Shown piece by piece: positions 1 to 6,768 of a DNA stretch of 35,494 nucleotides (positions are counted from its first letter, which is position 1; every line of letters starts with the position of its first letter). Location of the stretch: assembly GCA_021811055.1 (NCBI GenBank), contig JAJZPU010000002.1, positions 1-35,494 on the forward strand, given 5' to 3'. The DNA is from a bacterium. GTDB lineage: Bacteria > Patescibacteriota > Minisyncoccia > UBA6257 > GWB1-50-10. Made by a program: the position numbers and the translations under genes. Under the pieces are notes generated by a model. The model made no database searches. It was not told the DNA's origin and was given only the letters and a program-made list of their open reading frames with translations.

Positions 1-65
1 CACCAAACGCGGGGATGGGAGCGCCTCGGGCCGACGCAAACGACGGAGAAAAGGCGGGCGTAAAA

Positions 66-94
66 CTGGCAAAAATGCTAATATGACTTATAAG
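66..94 (+). promoter_or_regulatory. candidate sigma70-like promoter (CTGGCA - 17 nt - TATAAG)
   Basis: Hexamers read at 66-71 and 89-94 with a 17-nt spacer. It would start a transcript near position 100. Sequence pattern only. Confidence 0.25.
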
Positions 95-99
95 CCTTT

Positions 100-358
100 T
101 TGGAGGAGTGAAGCGGCGGCAGCAAAACCAAAAATTTCCTTCCTTTCAAATTTTCCGCTTCGCGGCGGGGGGTGTGGGGGGAGCCGCAAATAAAAATGGT
201 AGGAAATTTTTGGGTTTTGCCCCGCGCGAGCTTGTCGAGCGCGGCCGAGGCGCAAGTGTCATTCGTCAAAATCCTGCGGATTTTGTCCGAAATACATTCG
301 AACTTCGTCCAATACACACCGCAAAGAAAAGACGGCATTCCAATGTCGTCTTTTTTCA
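100..358 (+). ncRNA. candidate structured non-coding transcript, class unknown
   Basis: GC-rich stretch with no credible ORF; the overlapping ORFs at 78-507 have non-protein-like composition. Long hairpin gcaaaaccaaaaatttcc (133-150) / ggaaatttttgggttttgc (208-226). Small hairpins ccgc-ttc-gcgg and aaaatcc-tgc-ggatttt. It ends at an intrinsic terminator at 327-356. Confidence 0.3.
327..356 (+). terminator. rho-independent terminator
   Basis: Stem aaaagacggcatt / aatgtcgtctttt with a 2-nt loop and one G-U pair, followed by a T-run. Confidence 0.5.
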
Positions 359-369
359 TAAGGAGGCGA

Positions 370-569
370 GCAAATAAAAGTCTTTATTTGCGAGAAGGAT
401 TCGAACGCCGGACTGAAGTTTTGTCAGCAGACAAAACGAAGGAGGCGGTGTCCAGCCCGATGGGGTGCGACGGCACGACCAAGAGGCGAGGACGAATCCT
501 TCCGTGATTTTCACATATGGCGATACCTAGACAAATCATTTGCGACGGCGAATAATTTAGTCGAAGCCG
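370..569 (+). repeat. tRNA-trailer-type structured element, copy E1
   Basis: P0 hairpin at 370-390. Closing helix gaaggattcg (394-403) / cgaatccttc (493-502). Hairpin gttttgtc-AGCA-gacaaaac (418-437). Hairpin gtgc-GACG-gcac (465-476). Extra module ctagac + stem-GACG-stem + agtcgaagcc (527-568). No tRNA is seen upstream inside the window. Confidence 0.6.
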
Positions 570-570
570 T

Positions 571-894
571 ATGAAAACAGCTATTAAATGGATCTTAGGA
601 ATAGTGCTCGTCGTTTGGATGCTTTCTGCTGCTCCTAAATTTTTGGCGGGTATTTTTTGGGCAGATAGTAACGCTCCATGGGAGAAGGTTGATGCCTTTT
701 ATTATCCCGACGTCAATAATCTTATCGAGTGGGAAAGCCAAATGGATATGGGTTCAATTCAGGCTTGTCGTGATTGGGTAGAAGATTTTGCAGCCGCAAA
801 AGGCGATCCTAATTTAGAGCGCGGTGACTACGAGTGTGGGGTTGGTTGTAAAAGCAAAGATGGATTTAATGTCTGTCGCCTAACTATTGAATAA
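571..894 (+). CDS. small secreted or membrane-anchored Cys-containing protein (hypothetical)
   Basis: 107-aa ORF with an N-terminal hydrophobic segment and four Cys in the C-terminal half. Tightly followed by the next ORF (stop 894, next ATG 898). Confidence 0.5.
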   Translation: MKTAIKWILGIVLVVWMLSAAPKFLAGIFWADSNAPWEKVDAFYYPDVNNLIEWESQMDMGSIQACRDWVEDFAAAKGDPNLERGDYECGVGCKSKDGFNVCRLTIE

Positions 895-897
895 TCT

Positions 898-1443
898 ATG
901 TCGATCGCAATCACCTATTTTGTGCATGGAACAACGACCGATAACGAAAACGGAATATCGTCGGGATGGTCGGATGCGGAACTTTCCGAGCGGGGCATAC
1001 AGCAATCCATCGAACTCAAAAAACAAATCGGCGAAAAAAAATTTGATGTGATTTTTTGTTCGGACTTGAAGCGCGCAAAAGATTCCGCACGGTTCGCTTT
1101 TGAAGACATGGCGCCGATAATCGCCGATGCACGATTGCGGGAGTGCAGTTACGGAACAATGAACGGAAAGCCTTCTGCAACGGTTGAACCCGTGCAGGAA
1201 GCGCACACCACGGAACCATTTCCCGATGGCGAAAGTTATGAGGATGTAAAAAGAAGAATCGCCGATTTCCTTGAGTCGGTGAAGAAAAACTGTGTTGGAA
1301 AACGCGTGGCGATCGTCGCGCATAAAGCGCCCCAACTTGCACTCGACGTTTTGTTGAAAAACAAAACATGGGAAGAGGCGTTCAAGGAAGATTGGCGAAA
1401 AACAAAATCTTGGCAACCCGGCTGGGAGTATATTCTCCCTTAA
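898..1443 (+). CDS. histidine phosphatase (phosphoglycerate mutase-like) family protein
   Basis: N-terminal YFVHGTTTDNE resembles the RHG phosphatase motif, here as VHG. Downstream FCSDLKRA and IVAHKAP segments fit the fold. Confidence 0.75.
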   Translation: MSIAITYFVHGTTTDNENGISSGWSDAELSERGIQQSIELKKQIGEKKFDVIFCSDLKRAKDSARFAFEDMAPIIADARLRECSYGTMNGKPSATVEPVQEAHTTEPFPDGESYEDVKRRIADFLESVKKNCVGKRVAIVAHKAPQLALDVLLKNKTWEEAFKEDWRKTKSWQPGWEYILP

Positions 1444-1448
1444 AAAAT

Positions 1449-2057
1449 CTATAATTCGATATTCTCTACAAATTCCTGAAGCGGCTTTCCTATCGCGCGT
1501 TGCCAAAAACGATCCTGTTCTTCCTGGCTCATTTCTGAAATATAGCTTCCTGTTTCCGGATCGATCTGTATCGATTCGAGAGGGTATCCGGGCACCAGTA
1601 CGGCGCTCGGCGCGCTTGTAAAAATACGCGGCGACAAAATTGTCGTTTCTTTATATTCCCCGTCCGGAGTCGCGACACATATCCCGAATTCCCATCGTCC
1701 CGTTGTTCTTTCACCGAATCTTTTTACAAGCGTGGAATAATATCGAAGCACCTCATCGTCGCTCGGTCTTTCGGAGCTCGACGGAATACGGCGCACATTC
1801 AACCCCGGCTGCTCTTCCGAGGAAAGTTCGTCGAAATACAAAGCATTGTCCATTGAGAGAACGGTTGTGTTGAGCGCCTTCGCATACGCGGTCGCTTTTT
1901 TTCTCGCGTTCTCGAGCGCCGTTTTTCCATCCTCTTCAATGCGCGGAAGGGTTACTTCCTTTCCGATTCCCATTACTGTTACACCCATCGGCGCAAGTGC
2001 TCCGCGGATTTGCGCCACCTTCGCCTCATTTGTTGTTCCGATAACAATCTCTTTCAT
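1449..2057 (-). CDS. Ham1/RdgB-like non-canonical purine NTP pyrophosphatase family protein
   Basis: The 202-aa N-terminus IVIGTTNEAKVAQIR ... EEDGKTALENARKKA matches the ITPase-family pattern (T-x-N-x-x-K, E-x-G-x-T-x-x-x-NA-x-x-KA). Confidence 0.7.
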   Translation of the reverse strand: MKEIVIGTTNEAKVAQIRGALAPMGVTVMGIGKEVTLPRIEEDGKTALENARKKATAYAKALNTTVLSMDNALYFDELSSEEQPGLNVRRIPSSSERPSDDEVLRYYSTLVKRFGERTTGRWEFGICVATPDGEYKETTILSPRIFTSAPSAVLVPGYPLESIQIDPETGSYISEMSQEEQDRFWQRAIGKPLQEFVENIEL

Positions 2058-2110
2058 TGTTTATATGATACTACGCTTCTATGTGATTTGCCTTTAATTA
2101 TCATTGTGAT

Positions 2111-2331
2111 AGAGTCGCCTTCGCCTTAAAATTTTTTCGTCAAAAAATTTTAGGCTAGGCACCCTTGCTCTGGGCTTCGCGATGCAAAGATTTGCATAAC
2201 GCTCGCCCGTCTCCGCTATTCGAATACAAGCAGTTGTATTCTCATTTTACGCCCCGACCTCGCGTGCATATCTGCTGATATGCACTGGCTCCGGTGCACA
2301 AAACGGAACGCGAGACACACAAGTGTCTCGC
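2111..2331 (-). repeat. tRNA-trailer-type structured element, copy E6 (long, apparently two units)
   Basis: Read on the minus strand downstream of tRNA-Arg. P0 gcgagacac-ttgt-gtgtctcgc. CCGGAGC, then gtgcatatc-AGCA-gatatgcac, then GCGAGG. A second box attcgaatagcggagac. Then ctagcc + taaaatttttt-GACG-aaaaaatttta + aggcgaaggcgactct, which resembles the tRNA-Arg T-loop cgactcctct. Confidence 0.55.
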
Positions 2332-2360
2332 TTATACGACCTTGTCGTATATCCGTTTTG

Positions 2361-2432
2361 TGCCCTCGAGAGGAGTCGAACCTCTGTTACGAGATCCGCA
2401 ATCTCGCGTCCTATCCATTGAACGACGAGGGC
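2361..2432 (-). tRNA. tRNA-Arg (anticodon GCG)
   Basis: 72-nt cloverleaf folded by hand. Acceptor GCCCTCG/CGAGGGC, anticodon stem CGAGA/TCTCG with loop TTGCGGA, T-arm AGAGG-TTCGACT-CCTCT. No encoded CCA. Confidence 0.85.
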
Positions 2433-2448
2433 GTCGTTTTACCCGCAA

Positions 2449-3036
2449 TTATAGCCCGAAACGGTCCGATAAAAGGTCTATAATTGACTCCTCATATTCT
2501 ACTTCAGAAATTTTACCACGCAATAGCACCCTCGCTTTTTCCGCAAGCGCGCTGTCGATGGGGATGCGGACATACGGATTGATATTCGTCTTTTTTCTTA
2601 AAATAAGTTCATCGAGCGAATATTGCCGGGAACGGATCGAAAAATCACGGAGAGATTCGAAGGGTAATTTCATTTTGTCTTTTATCTCAACACCGGCATC
2701 GGATATTTCAAACTCGAGTATCTGCGGATGGCGCCCGGAAAGGAACATAAGAAGTCCCGCGGCACACAAAATAAATATCCCAAAAAACAAATTTCCGCTC
2801 CAAAACGCGATAATAGCAACAACGATCGCGCCGCCACCGATCAAGGTATACCACGATGCGGGCTTTTGTACCCGTTCGTATTCCGCCGCACGCCACGAAA
2901 GCGGCTCTATTTTTTTCGTTTCTTCGGAAGCGAATTCTTTCTTCTCTTCACTCTCCTGTTTTTTGCTCCGTCGTACCGTCTTCGGTTTTTTCTCTTCCTG
3001 TGGTTCGGTTTTTTTCTTTGGCATGATGATTCTCAT
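2449..3036 (-). CDS. hypothetical membrane protein (Lys/Glu-rich N-terminus, two TM helices)
   Basis: 195-aa ORF with a charged N-terminal tail and the hydrophobic segments WYTLIGGGAIVVAIIAF and FFGIFILCAAGLLMF. An alternative ATG lies at 3024. Confidence 0.65.
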   Translation of the reverse strand: MRIIMPKKKTEPQEEKKPKTVRRSKKQESEEKKEFASEETKKIEPLSWRAAEYERVQKPASWYTLIGGGAIVVAIIAFWSGNLFFGIFILCAAGLLMFLSGRHPQILEFEISDAGVEIKDKMKLPFESLRDFSIRSRQYSLDELILRKKTNINPYVRIPIDSALAEKARVLLRGKISEVEYEESIIDLLSDRFGL

Positions 3037-3106
3037 TATATCAACAGTTCACAACTTGGAAAACCTTCCATTTTCCAAAAAGTATGGAATAATGGAAAAG
3101 TTCGAT

Positions 3107-3178
3107 GGTCCCATCGTCTAACGGTTAGGACACCGCCCTTTCACGGCGGTAATAGGAGTTCGATTCTCCTTGGGACTA
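3107..3178 (+). tRNA. tRNA-Glu (anticodon TTC)
   Basis: 72-nt cloverleaf. Anticodon stem CCGCC/GGCGG with loop CTTTCAC, T-arm AGGAG-TTCGATT-CTCCT, acceptor GGTCCCA/TGGGACT. No encoded CCA. Confidence 0.9.
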
Positions 3179-3193
3179 CAAAGTAGTCATAAT

Positions 3194-3221
3194 AAAACAG
3201 CGCACTTGAGTGCGCTGTTTT
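3194..3221 (+). terminator. terminator-like hairpin after tRNA-Glu (P0 of element E3)
   Basis: aaaacagcgcac-ttga-gtgcgctgtttt, a perfect 12-bp stem ending in T residues. Confidence 0.5.
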
Positions 3222-3331
3222 GGAGAATCGAAGCGCGGAGCCATACGCATCGAGCACGATGCATGGCGAGCGGCGGCCTGCGTGTCCGACGAGCGACGGC
3301 GAGGAGGAACGTGTAGGCGATTTCTCCTTGG
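3222..3331 (+). repeat. tRNA-trailer-type structured element, copy E3
   Basis: ggagaatcg pairs with cgatttctcc (3318-3327). Hairpin gccat..gcatcg-AGCA-cgatgc..atggc (3240-3267). GCGAGCGGCGG. Hairpin cctgcgtgtcc / ggaacgtgtagg around a GACG-containing loop. The 3' end repeats the tRNA-Glu sequence cgatt(t)ctccttgg. Confidence 0.65.
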
Positions 3332-3348
3332 AAGTATGAAGTTGAAAG

Positions 3349-3368
3349 CGATTTCCCTTTGGGACTAC
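3349..3368 (+). repeat. second partial copy of the tRNA-Glu 3' end
   Basis: cgatttccctttgggactac compared with tRNA-Glu 3161-3179 cgattctccttgggactac. Confidence 0.6.
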
Positions 3369-3375
3369 CAATAAA

Positions 3376-3406
3376 AACACCATCGGCAATGATGGTGTTC
3401 TGTTTT
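3376..3406. terminator. bidirectional terminator hairpin
   Basis: aacaccatc-ggcaat-gatggtgtt followed by ctgtttt. It lies between the tRNA-Glu/E3 unit and the convergent ORF 3420-3788. Confidence 0.5.
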
Positions 3407-3419
3407 GAAATAATATGGT

Positions 3420-3788
3420 TTATAGAATTCTCGACATCCGTCGGAAATCGTCGGCAATAATGATCCCGTGTTCCAGTTGGGCCTCTTCACGGATTCCCTC
3501 GAGAATATTCTTTATTCTTTTTTGAATAATGGAACGCTCCTTCTGTGTGCGACCGGAAGCTTTCACTTCATCCAGATCGATCCAGATCGGAAGAAAGAAC
3601 TCGTCGAGATTTATCTTCTTTTTGAATCTACTCGAAAGTCGTGCAAAAAAATCACCAACCTCTTCTTTTTTTTCCGCCGCGATCTTCTCAATCTTTGTGA
3701 ATAACTTCTTAATCTCTTTGAGGTTAAGTTTTTCCGCAACGAGCACGCGCTCTGCATCAAAAACGATGTCGCCAAACAATTCTTCCAT
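3420..3788 (-). CDS. hypothetical protein
   Basis: 122-aa ORF with protein-like charged and helical composition. No motif recognised. Confidence 0.55.
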   Translation of the reverse strand: MEELFGDIVFDAERVLVAEKLNLKEIKKLFTKIEKIAAEKKEEVGDFFARLSSRFKKKINLDEFFLPIWIDLDEVKASGRTQKERSIIQKRIKNILEGIREEAQLEHGIIIADDFRRMSRIL

Positions 3789-3854
3789 GGCATATCCTTT
3801 CGCTTATTTGAAAAATCTACACAAAAAATAACACGCGACTCCCCGCGTGTCAAC

Positions 3855-4502
3855 TTACTTTCCAAGAGTTTCTTTTTTGAAAAGAATGTACGAATACCAC
3901 GCGCTTCCGAACGCGGTTAGAAGTATGGGAACGATCACGAACCAGAAAGCGATTCCCGGAAACGCCATACCAAGAAGCGCAATCACTCCGGACAACACAA
4001 AGAATTTCCCCGCAACGCGATGTGTTTTTTCCCACACGCTCGGACTTGAAATGGTCCACGGGGTCCTGATGCCTATCGTCCAATTCGGTTCCGCATGGGA
4101 TACGAGGCGCCCCATGAGCATAAAAAGAATACTGAGTGCGGGAATCATAAAAAGAGTGAGATTGAATGTCCACCCGAAATTCCACGCAATGGTCAGCCAA
4201 TAAATATACGAGAAGAAAAGAAAGAGTACGAGAATAAACTCATCGAAATACGCTCTGAATTTTTCGATGTTCTCTTTTTTCGGATCAACTCTGGGTATCA
4301 CAAAAAATACGATGCCGAGTATGAGCGCGAGAATCGGCATGAAAAACGTCCCCCAGAATCTCGGCATATATCCATCTACCGCTCCTTCGGTGTTCCAATG
4401 CGACGCGATGCGTTCCGGCATCGCGGGATACACGCACACCCCAAAAATAAACAGGGTGAGTATAAGAGCGCACACAAACCATTCGTTTCGTCTGAGTTTC
4501 AT
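3855..4502 (-). CDS. SdpI/YhfL-family membrane protein with DUF1648-like N-terminus
   Basis: 215 aa. The pattern P...IASHWN..G..DGY, then several TM helices, then the PNWTIGIRTPWT motif is typical of SdpI-family immunity proteins. Confidence 0.8.
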   Translation of the reverse strand: MKLRRNEWFVCALILTLFIFGVCVYPAMPERIASHWNTEGAVDGYMPRFWGTFFMPILALILGIVFFVIPRVDPKKENIEKFRAYFDEFILVLFLFFSYIYWLTIAWNFGWTFNLTLFMIPALSILFMLMGRLVSHAEPNWTIGIRTPWTISSPSVWEKTHRVAGKFFVLSGVIALLGMAFPGIAFWFVIVPILLTAFGSAWYSYILFKKETLGK

Positions 4503-4554
4503 GGGTTATTGTTTGTAATTATATCAAAAAAAGCGACGTGCAACACAACAAACA

Positions 4555-5484
4555 CTATCCATTTATCGTGTATTCGACGAGGACAAACATCGCGTAAAAA
4601 AGGAGGAGAAGAAGGCCCTCTTTTTTCGTGATGATCCTCCCCGAACGCATAAAAGAAAAAAGAAGGATTGCCGCCGCCACCATGAATGTTGCCGTGATAT
4701 ACACGATCTTTTGCGGAAAAGAAAAGGGATTGATAAGCGCAAGCACTCCGACGGCGATCGTCGCATCGGAAATGACCGTTCCTAGCACGTCTCCCAACGC
4801 AAGTCCGTCTCCTTCGTGGCGCACCGCCTTCAGTGAAAAAAACAATTCCGGGAGCGTCGTACCAAGCCCGACAAAAAACATACCGATGAGTACGGGGTTG
4901 ATTGCCAATGCCTCCGCAAACGCAACTCCGAATTTTACGGTCAGATGGGACCCGAGAAGCAATCCTCCCATACTGCAGGCGAGAAAGAGAAGGTTTTTAT
5001 ACGCATAGTGCTCTTTGTGTTCCTCCACCGGTACATCGTGATGATTTTTTCTGAACGTGAGGTAGAAAAAGAAAATACCTGCCGCGATAAGAAAAAGTCC
5101 TTCCACGCGCGAATAGTACCCGTCGAAACCGACAAGGATGGGAAGCGCGAGAAAGAACGGATACCATCTGTTCTCTTCCAAAATCTTACTTTCCACTTTC
5201 AGCCCTCGGGCGACCGAGAAGACGACCACCGCAAGCACAAGTGTAAGATCCGCGACATTCGATCCGAAAAGCGTGCCGAGACCGAACGAAGGAATGCCTC
5301 GAACGGCAGCATTGATCGAGATGAATGTTTCCGGCAATATCGATATGACCGCAACAACAATGAAACCGATAACGTATTTCGGCAGTTTCAACGTATACGC
5401 CAGATTTGATGCGTACCGGATCGCAAAATCCGAGCTTTTGAATACCAAAAAAAGCGACGCGAGAAGAAAAAGCAGATTAAGCAT
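4555..5484 (-). CDS. Ca2+/cation antiporter (CaCA, Na_Ca_ex) family membrane protein
   Basis: 309 aa and polytopic. Two alpha-repeat-like segments: ILPETF..GSNVADLTLVL and GTTLPELFFS..LGDVLGTVISDATIAVG. Confidence 0.8.
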   Translation of the reverse strand: MLNLLFLLASLFLVFKSSDFAIRYASNLAYTLKLPKYVIGFIVVAVISILPETFISINAAVRGIPSFGLGTLFGSNVADLTLVLAVVVFSVARGLKVESKILEENRWYPFFLALPILVGFDGYYSRVEGLFLIAAGIFFFYLTFRKNHHDVPVEEHKEHYAYKNLLFLACSMGGLLLGSHLTVKFGVAFAEALAINPVLIGMFFVGLGTTLPELFFSLKAVRHEGDGLALGDVLGTVISDATIAVGVLALINPFSFPQKIVYITATFMVAAAILLFSFMRSGRIITKKEGLLLLLFYAMFVLVEYTING

Positions 5485-5567
5485 GTGATATTACTTTATT
5501 TAACACTATTTATATATCCCCTTCAAACAGAGAGCCAAATAAAAACAGAGCCTGATTAAAATTCTTT

Positions 5568-5619
5568 GAAGATTCTTCCTCGACTTAAAATGTTTCCGTC
5601 GAAACATTTCGGTCTTAGC
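5568..5619 (-). repeat. extra GACG-loop hairpin module (H') following E2
   Basis: Minus-strand read: gctaagacc-gaaatgtttc-GACG-gaaacattt-taagtcgaggaagaatcttc. Same layout as the 3' module of E1, E2 and E6. Confidence 0.5.
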
Positions 5620-5641
5620 ACCGCACAATTTAAAAACTACA

Positions 5642-5772
5642 GGAGGATTCGGCTTCGACTAAATTATTCGCCGTCGCGAATAATTTGTCTAGCCACCGCC
5701 TCGCGTGCAATTCTTCTGAATTGCTCATGCTCCGGCGTTCGAATCCGAACGCGAGACAAGCAGTTATCTCGC
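5642..5772 (-). repeat. tRNA-trailer-type structured element, copy E2
   Basis: Minus-strand read downstream of tRNA-Ser(TGA). P0 gcgaga..tctcgc (5751-5772). ggattcgaacgccggagc. Hairpin gcaattc-AGAA-gaattgc (5707-5724). cgcgaggcgg. ctagac + aaattattcgc-GACG-gcgaataattt (5661-5686) + agtcgaagccgaatcctcc. Confidence 0.65.
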
Positions 5773-5788
5773 TCCCACATCCGCATGC

Positions 5789-5818
5789 AAAAATAACGCA
5801 TAAATGCGTTATTTTTTT
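5789..5818 (-). terminator. terminator hairpin directly after tRNA-Ser(TGA)
   Basis: aaataacgcat-aa-atgcgttattt flanked by A and T runs. Confidence 0.5.
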
Positions 5819-5819
5819 G

Positions 5820-5904
5820 CGGAAGGTGGAGGATTCGAACCTCCGATGCCTTTCGGCATACCGCATTTCAAGTGCGGCGCATTCGACCACTCTGCCAACC
5901 TTCC
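5820..5904 (-). tRNA. tRNA-Ser (anticodon TGA)
   Basis: 85-nt class II tRNA. Acceptor GGAAGGT/ACCTTCC, anticodon stem CCGCA/TGCGG with loop CTTGAAA, long variable arm TATGCCGAAAGGCATC, T-arm GGAGG-TTCGAAT-CCTCC. Confidence 0.9.
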
Positions 5905-5958
5905 AAAGCACGCAAAATCAGTGTAAATGAAGGCTGTTCCGCCGTAAACCCCCATTTA

Positions 5959-5987
5959 TTGACTTTTTCTATATATTATGCTAGAAT
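5959..5987 (+). promoter_or_regulatory. candidate promoter TTGACT - 17 nt - TAGAAT
   Basis: Hexamers at 5959-5964 and 5982-5987, upstream of ORF 6047, which has a GGAG Shine-Dalgarno at about -12. Confidence 0.45.
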
Positions 5988-6046
5988 ATACTCAGCGTTA
6001 ATATTAAATAACTTAAATTAACTTTTAACATAATGGAGATGACAAA

Positions 6047-6694
6047 ATGGCTGAAAACAATGGACAGACCGCAAACACACAAAATAACCAAAATCGCAAC
6101 AACTGGATTCCCTGGGTATTGGGAATTCTACTTGCTGTTGCATTAACGGCGCTTCTCTTTACAGCACTGAAGAGTGATAAACCCGTTATAACATTCACCG
6201 ATGAAAACGGAATTGTTACTGGAATGGTAAAATCCCCATCAGTCGATGTGCGGTTTCAAACAGATCAACAGGCCCAGCAAAAGGCGACCTACGAATCCCG
6301 TTTGAAAGAAGAAAAACAGCGCACAGAAAATGCGGAAACAAATCTGAAAGAATACCAACACACGAATGCTGCCGCGACTGGAAAACTTTCCGAAAAAATC
6401 GGTGAGGTTGTAGAACAGCAGAAACAAACTAATGCTGAATTGAAAGGTATTCGTTCTGATTTGCAGGAAGTGAAGGGGTGGCAGGAAGTTATCAATGATA
6501 ATATCAACACCGGTTTTGGTAATGTTAACAAAAGTCTTTCGTCGATCGATAAAAATGTTGTTTCGGTAAAAGAAGAAGTTACAAAACAACATGAGCTTAC
6601 CAGGGAAGAAATGAAGAATATCTTCAAGAGTATTCCCAGAAAAGGAAAGAAAGCATCAGAAAACGATGATTGGCCTGACGGAGCAAAGCAGTAA
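6047..6694 (+). CDS. membrane-anchored coiled-coil protein (hypothetical)
   Basis: 215 aa with an Asn/Gln-rich N-terminus, one TM helix (WIPWVLGILLAVALTALLF) and a long charged heptad-like region. SD present. AT-rich. Confidence 0.65.
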   Translation: MAENNGQTANTQNNQNRNNWIPWVLGILLAVALTALLFTALKSDKPVITFTDENGIVTGMVKSPSVDVRFQTDQQAQQKATYESRLKEEKQRTENAETNLKEYQHTNAAATGKLSEKIGEVVEQQKQTNAELKGIRSDLQEVKGWQEVINDNINTGFGNVNKSLSSIDKNVVSVKEEVTKQHELTREEMKNIFKSIPRKGKKASENDDWPDGAKQ

Positions 6695-6715
6695 TATAAA
6701 CAAAATTTTTTCATT

Positions 6716-6752
6716 AAAAAACAGGACTTCAAAAGAGTCCTGTTATTTTTTT
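6716..6752. terminator. bidirectional rho-independent terminator
   Basis: acaggact-tcaaaag-agtcctgt flanked by A-run and T-run, between convergent genes. Confidence 0.6.
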
Positions 6753-6768
6753 AATGATTTTACATTCT

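Noticed and set aside
78-507. Three overlapping ORFs (78-359 on the minus strand, 108-377 and 172-507 on the plus strand).
   Set aside because: They overlap each other and the structured or repeat DNA. Their Arg/Gly/Lys-rich composition is not protein-like, and they have no start context.
527-570. Possible tmRNA. The module reads as a tag-like ORF (..ATANNLVEAV-stop), and the sequence ggaggattcggcttcgac near 5642-5659 resembles a tmRNA 5' end (GGGG..GGAUUCGAC).
   Set aside because: The sequence occurs twice in opposite orientations. It folds as a simple GACG-loop hairpin. No tRNA-like 3' domain (T-arm plus acceptor/CCA) pairs with the 5' end, and the peptide lacks the usual hydrophobic Ala-rich terminus.
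527-5692. A composite transposon bounded by the inverted 42-nt modules.
   Set aside because: No transposase or recombinase lies inside, and the contents are ordinary metabolic and membrane genes plus tRNAs. It is kept only as a possible inversion substrate.
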